The notes under the pieces: model-generated
Database searches by the model: none
The model's input: only the letters and a program-made list of their open reading frames with translations
What the model was told of the DNA's origin: nothing
NCBI GenBank assembly: GCA_963728205.1
Contig: CAVSIV010000006.1
Coordinates: 416,001-480,000, forward strand
Direction of reading: 5' to 3'
Length of the DNA stretch: 64,000 bases
Source: an uncultured Chloroflexia bacterium
GTDB taxonomy: Bacteria > Chloroflexota > Dehalococcoidia > UBA2979
Shown here: positions 61,069 through 64,000 of the stretch, piece by piece
How positions within the stretch are numbered: the stretch's first letter is position 1
How the letters are laid out: each line of letters begins with the position of its first letter
Position numbers and translations under genes: made by a program

Positions 61069-62925
61069 CTAGTCGCCGCGGCCGTGGCCGCGGCGACGCT
61101 TGCTCCCGCGCCGCGCGTTCGGCGCGGCGGAGAGCGCCGGCGGCGGCGCGCTCGGCTGGTGCGGCTGCGTGCGCGAGCGCGCCGGCGCGGGCGCGCTCGC
61201 GGCGCGCGTCGGGCGCGGCGTCGCGGTCGCGCGCGGCGTCGGGGTCGGCGTGGGGGTGCGCGTCGACGGCGTGGTCGCGCGACGGCGCCCCGTCGTCTCC
61301 TCGTGACGCGGCGTCACCGTGGGCGCCGGGGCGGCGGCCGCGGGCGTGGCGCCGACGCTCGTCCACGTCGTCAGCCGCAGCGGCGCCACCGGCTCCGGCG
61401 TCGACTCGGGCGGCGGCGTCGCCGTTGCGGGCGCGGCCGTCGGCACCGGCGTCGCGGTGCTCGTGCCGTCGGCGTCGGGCGACCAGCGGTCGCGGTTCCA
61501 GGTGCGCGTGCGCCTCGAGGCGCGCGCGGGCTGCGGGGTGGCGCTCGGACGCGGCGTCGCCGTCGTCCACGGCGTCGCCGTCGCCCGCGGCGTGGCCATC
61601 GTGAGCGGACGCGGGGTCGCGGTCGCCGCCGGCGTCGCGCCGGCGCGCGGCGCGGGCCGGCTCCAGCCGGAGAGCCACGCACGCCTGCCGTTGCGGTCCG
61701 TGTCGTCGCGGTCGGATCCGCTCGACGGCGTCACCGCGCTCGCCTGCGGCGTCGCCCCGGCAGTGACCCCCGGCGCCGTCCACGCGAACAGCGGCGCCGG
61801 CGTCGCGGTGGCCGCGCCGCTCGTCGGTATCGCAGTCGTCTGCTTCGTCGCCACCGGCAGACGGCTCGCGGCGTTCCCCCCGTCGCTCGCACCCCCCGTG
61901 CCGCCGTCGTCATCGCCGTCGTGGCGCATCCAGCCGTGCGCGAAGAGCGAGGAGACGAACGCGTCGGACGGCGACGACCCGCCGGACGGCGCGGTCGCGC
62001 CCGCGGCCGGTGCCGCGAACACCCGCGGCCGCCCCGTCCACGCGCGTGTCCCGTGCTCGCCGCCCGATCCGCCGGACCCGCCCGCCGCGCCGCCGGTCGC
62101 CGACCGCGGCACCGCCACCGGCGCCTCGATCAGCGGCGCCACCGTGTCCTGCGCCTGCACGTTCGTCCGCCGCATCGGCGTGTAGCGCGGGTCGTACGCG
62201 ATCACGTGGTAGATCGACTGGCGCGGCGTCTCCTCGTAGACCCACGCGCGGTCGTGCCCGGCGCTCGCCCACGCGGCGAAGATGCGCACGTGGCCGTAGC
62301 CGCGCGGGTCCTGCCCCGTCGTCAGGTTCATGATGTCGCCCGGCAGCAGGTCGTCCTTCGCCACCGCCGTCGCGAACCCCGGGAGCGTGTCGGTGGTCTG
62401 GCGCGTGAGCCCCCACGCGCGGCTCACGTACGCCGAGCAGTCCATGCCGTCGGCGGAGTTGCCGCCCCACACGTACGGCACGCCGAGCAGCGACTTCGCC
62501 ATCTCGAGCACGTCGTTCGCGGCGAGCGTCGGCGGGCCGCCGGCTACCCAGCTCTCGGGCGTCGCGGCCGCGACCGGCGGCGACGGCAGCGGGGCGTTCG
62601 GGTCGGGCGCGCTCGGCCCGGCCGGCGTAGCGGACGCGCCCGGTCCCGGGTCGGTCGTGTCGTCGCCCGAGGTGGCGAAGGGGTCCGGCGCCGGCCAGAA
62701 CGGCAGGGCCGGCGTCGGCGCGGGCGTGGCGTCGGGCTGCGCGCCGCCGGCCTGGTTCACCACCAGCTGCGCGACGGCGCCGGCCGACACGGGGCCGGTC
62801 GCGGCGATGGTCGTCGCGCGGGCCGCCGCGGCGTCGAGCCGCATGCGATGCGGGACCGCGATGGATGCAAAGACGGCGACGCCGGCCGCAAGCAGCAGCG
62901 TCGCCCCCGTGAACGGGCGCTTCAT
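61069..62925 (-). CDS. Secreted NlpC/P60 cell-wall peptidase with long Pro/Thr/Ala-rich tail
   Basis: AKSLLGVPYVWGG..GMDCSAYV..LLPGDI..GHVRI. Confidence 0.85.
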   Translation of the reverse strand: MKRPFTGATLLLAAGVAVFASIAVPHRMRLDAAAARATTIAATGPVSAGAVAQLVVNQAGGAQPDATPAPTPALPFWPAPDPFATSGDDTTDPGPGASATPAGPSAPDPNAPLPSPPVAAATPESWVAGGPPTLAANDVLEMAKSLLGVPYVWGGNSADGMDCSAYVSRAWGLTRQTTDTLPGFATAVAKDDLLPGDIMNLTTGQDPRGYGHVRIFAAWASAGHDRAWVYEETPRQSIYHVIAYDPRYTPMRRTNVQAQDTVAPLIEAPVAVPRSATGGAAGGSGGSGGEHGTRAWTGRPRVFAAPAAGATAPSGGSSPSDAFVSSLFAHGWMRHDGDDDGGTGGASDGGNAASRLPVATKQTTAIPTSGAATATPAPLFAWTAPGVTAGATPQASAVTPSSGSDRDDTDRNGRRAWLSGWSRPAPRAGATPAATATPRPLTMATPRATATPWTTATPRPSATPQPARASRRTRTWNRDRWSPDADGTSTATPVPTAAPATATPPPESTPEPVAPLRLTTWTSVGATPAAAAPAPTVTPRHEETTGRRRATTPSTRTPTPTPTPRATATPRPTRAASAPAPARSRTQPHQPSAPPPALSAAPNARRGSKRRRGHGRGD

Positions 62926-63097
62926 TCCCCGACCCAACCCGACCCGCCCGCATGTGCACGTTTGTGTGATCGCCTGTCACTGTGCGGCTGAGACACTCTC
63001 ATATGGATTTGGGGAGTTCCCTGAGATCCGGATGGTTATGACGAAGTCGCAACGCACCCGCGCCCCCTGGCGAGCAGCAGTCGGGCAGTCCTCATCG

Positions 63098-63202
63098 GAA
63101 CGTCACAGCGGCGGCAGATATGCCGCCGACAGAAGCGCGGCGCCAGCCGCGGACTGGCGTCCGCGTCCTGTCGGCGGCATAGCTGCCGCCGCTGTGACGT
63201 TC
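63098..63202 (+). repeat. Nested-palindrome extragenic element, copy 3
   Basis: gaacgtcacagcggcggcagatatgccgccgacag-spacer-ctgtcggcggcatagctgccgccgctgtgacgttc. Confidence 0.9.
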
Positions 63203-63331
63203 ATGCCTCCACGGCGCTCCCGGGGCATGGTGACTGCCCTGTGCAGCGCGGTCGGTGTGAGTCGCCCACGGGGGCGATCGCCCCGCACGGCAGGACTGAC
63301 GCCTGCCGCTCGCCGGCGCTCAGCCAGCGGG

Positions 63332-64000
63332 TCAGTCGGGCAGCGGCGCCACCGTCGGCGCCCACACCTTGCCGTCCTGCACGCGCTGGATGTTCCGCTC
63401 GCCCGCGAGGCCCACGTACGGGCACCCCGCGACCTCGCGGCGCAGCGTCGCCGACTCGTCGCCGGGGGCGATCCATGCGAGCCTGCCGCGCTCGATCCAC
63501 GGCGCGAGGTCGAAGTCGCGCGCGTCGAAGTCCTCGGGCACGGTGTCCCAGCCGCCGCCGACGCGGTAGCAGTCCATGCCCCAGTCGTTCGCGCCCTGCG
63601 TCTCGGGCGGCCGTCGCTCGGCGAAGTAGGTGATCGTCCAGCCGAGATGCCGCCCGACGGCGACCGCGCGCACGACCGCCTGCACGCCGTCGAGCGCGAG
63701 CAGCCGCGGCAGCACGTACGGCGCGCCCGGCCCCGGCTTCACGAGATGCACCGTCGTCTCGACCGGCTCGCGCAGCGCGAGCGCCCCGGTGAACGCGAGC
63801 AGCGTCGCCGGGCGCGCCTCGACCGGCCGCAGCGCGGCCTGGTAGTTCCACCACGGTCCGTCGATCCCATACGTGTCGATCGCGATCGCGGCCACCGCGC
63901 CGGTGAACGGGCAGCGTGCGACCGGCACGCGCGGGAGCGCGGCGAAGTAGGCGTCGGTCGCCTCGTCGAGTGCGTCGCGCACCACGCGCGCGTACGCCTC
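63332..64000 (-). CDS. Conserved-looking hypothetical protein (5' end outside the window)
   Basis: YFAALPRVPVARCPFTG..IDTYGIDGPWW..PGPGAPYVLPRLL..DFDLAPWIERGRLAWIAPGD..CPY; coding-like codon usage. Confidence 0.7.
   Translation of the reverse strand, partial: EAYARVVRDALDEATDAYFAALPRVPVARCPFTGAVAAIAIDTYGIDGPWWNYQAALRPVEARPATLLAFTGALALREPVETTVHLVKPGPGAPYVLPRLLALDGVQAVVRAVAVGRHLGWTITYFAERRPPETQGANDWGMDCYRVGGGWDTVPEDFDARDFDLAPWIERGRLAWIAPGDESATLRREVAGCPYVGLAGERNIQRVQDGKVWAPTVAPLPD

Noticed and set aside
62926-63097. c-di-AMP (ydaO) riboswitch upstream of the NlpC/P60 gene
   Set aside because: The expected conserved motifs were not found; it looks like an AT-richer promoter region. An Infernal search would settle it.
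9242-63100. Short word gtcatcgga / tcatcggaa near 9242, 14430 and 63092 as a cassette boundary
   Set aside because: It is only 9 bp, inconsistently placed, and absent from the other TA junctions.
31271-63202. Palindromic repeats as CRISPR repeats or integron attC sites
   Set aside because: They are dispersed kilobases apart with a conserved spacer, there are no cas genes, they lack RYYYAAC/GTTRRRY ends, and they do not follow each gene.
1-64000. Prophage, integrase, transposase, tRNA or rRNA
   Set aside because: No recognisable motifs for any of these in the translated frames or the DNA.

Overview
Very GC-rich (roughly three quarters G+C by eye) bacterial DNA. Protein style suggests Chloroflexota/Dehalococcoidia (Tepidiforma-like), but this is inference only and no marker gene is present. 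About 7.7-56 kb is dominated by roughly 20 lipobox-bearing exported proteins (signal peptide ending L/V/A-A/G/V-A/G-C, then a Thr/Pro/Ala linker). They are built from a small reused set of modules: TolB/PD40-like beta-propellers, SH3b, a LolA-like 'RWWYQS' domain, and an unnamed Cys-containing helical module present 5-6 times. Many are joined by 4-bp start/stop overlaps. Seven toxin-antitoxin loci are interleaved: orphan HigA, RHH-VapC, VapBC, convergent HicB/HicA, AbrB-VapC, DUF433 with a decayed toxin, and Xre-RES. Orphan gene fragments and three copies of a ~92-105 bp nested-palindrome (REPIN-like) element also occur. Flanking genes include an S53 peptidase, HDOD and PilZ-like proteins, a cupin, a methyltransferase, a KNTase-like nucleotidyltransferase, an APRT-like enzyme, LuxR regulators, a flavin monooxygenase, a ZIP transporter and an NlpC/P60 protein. 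About 20 genes carry frameshifts that most likely reflect long-read indel errors. No rRNA, tRNA, CRISPR array, integrase or transposase was recognised.
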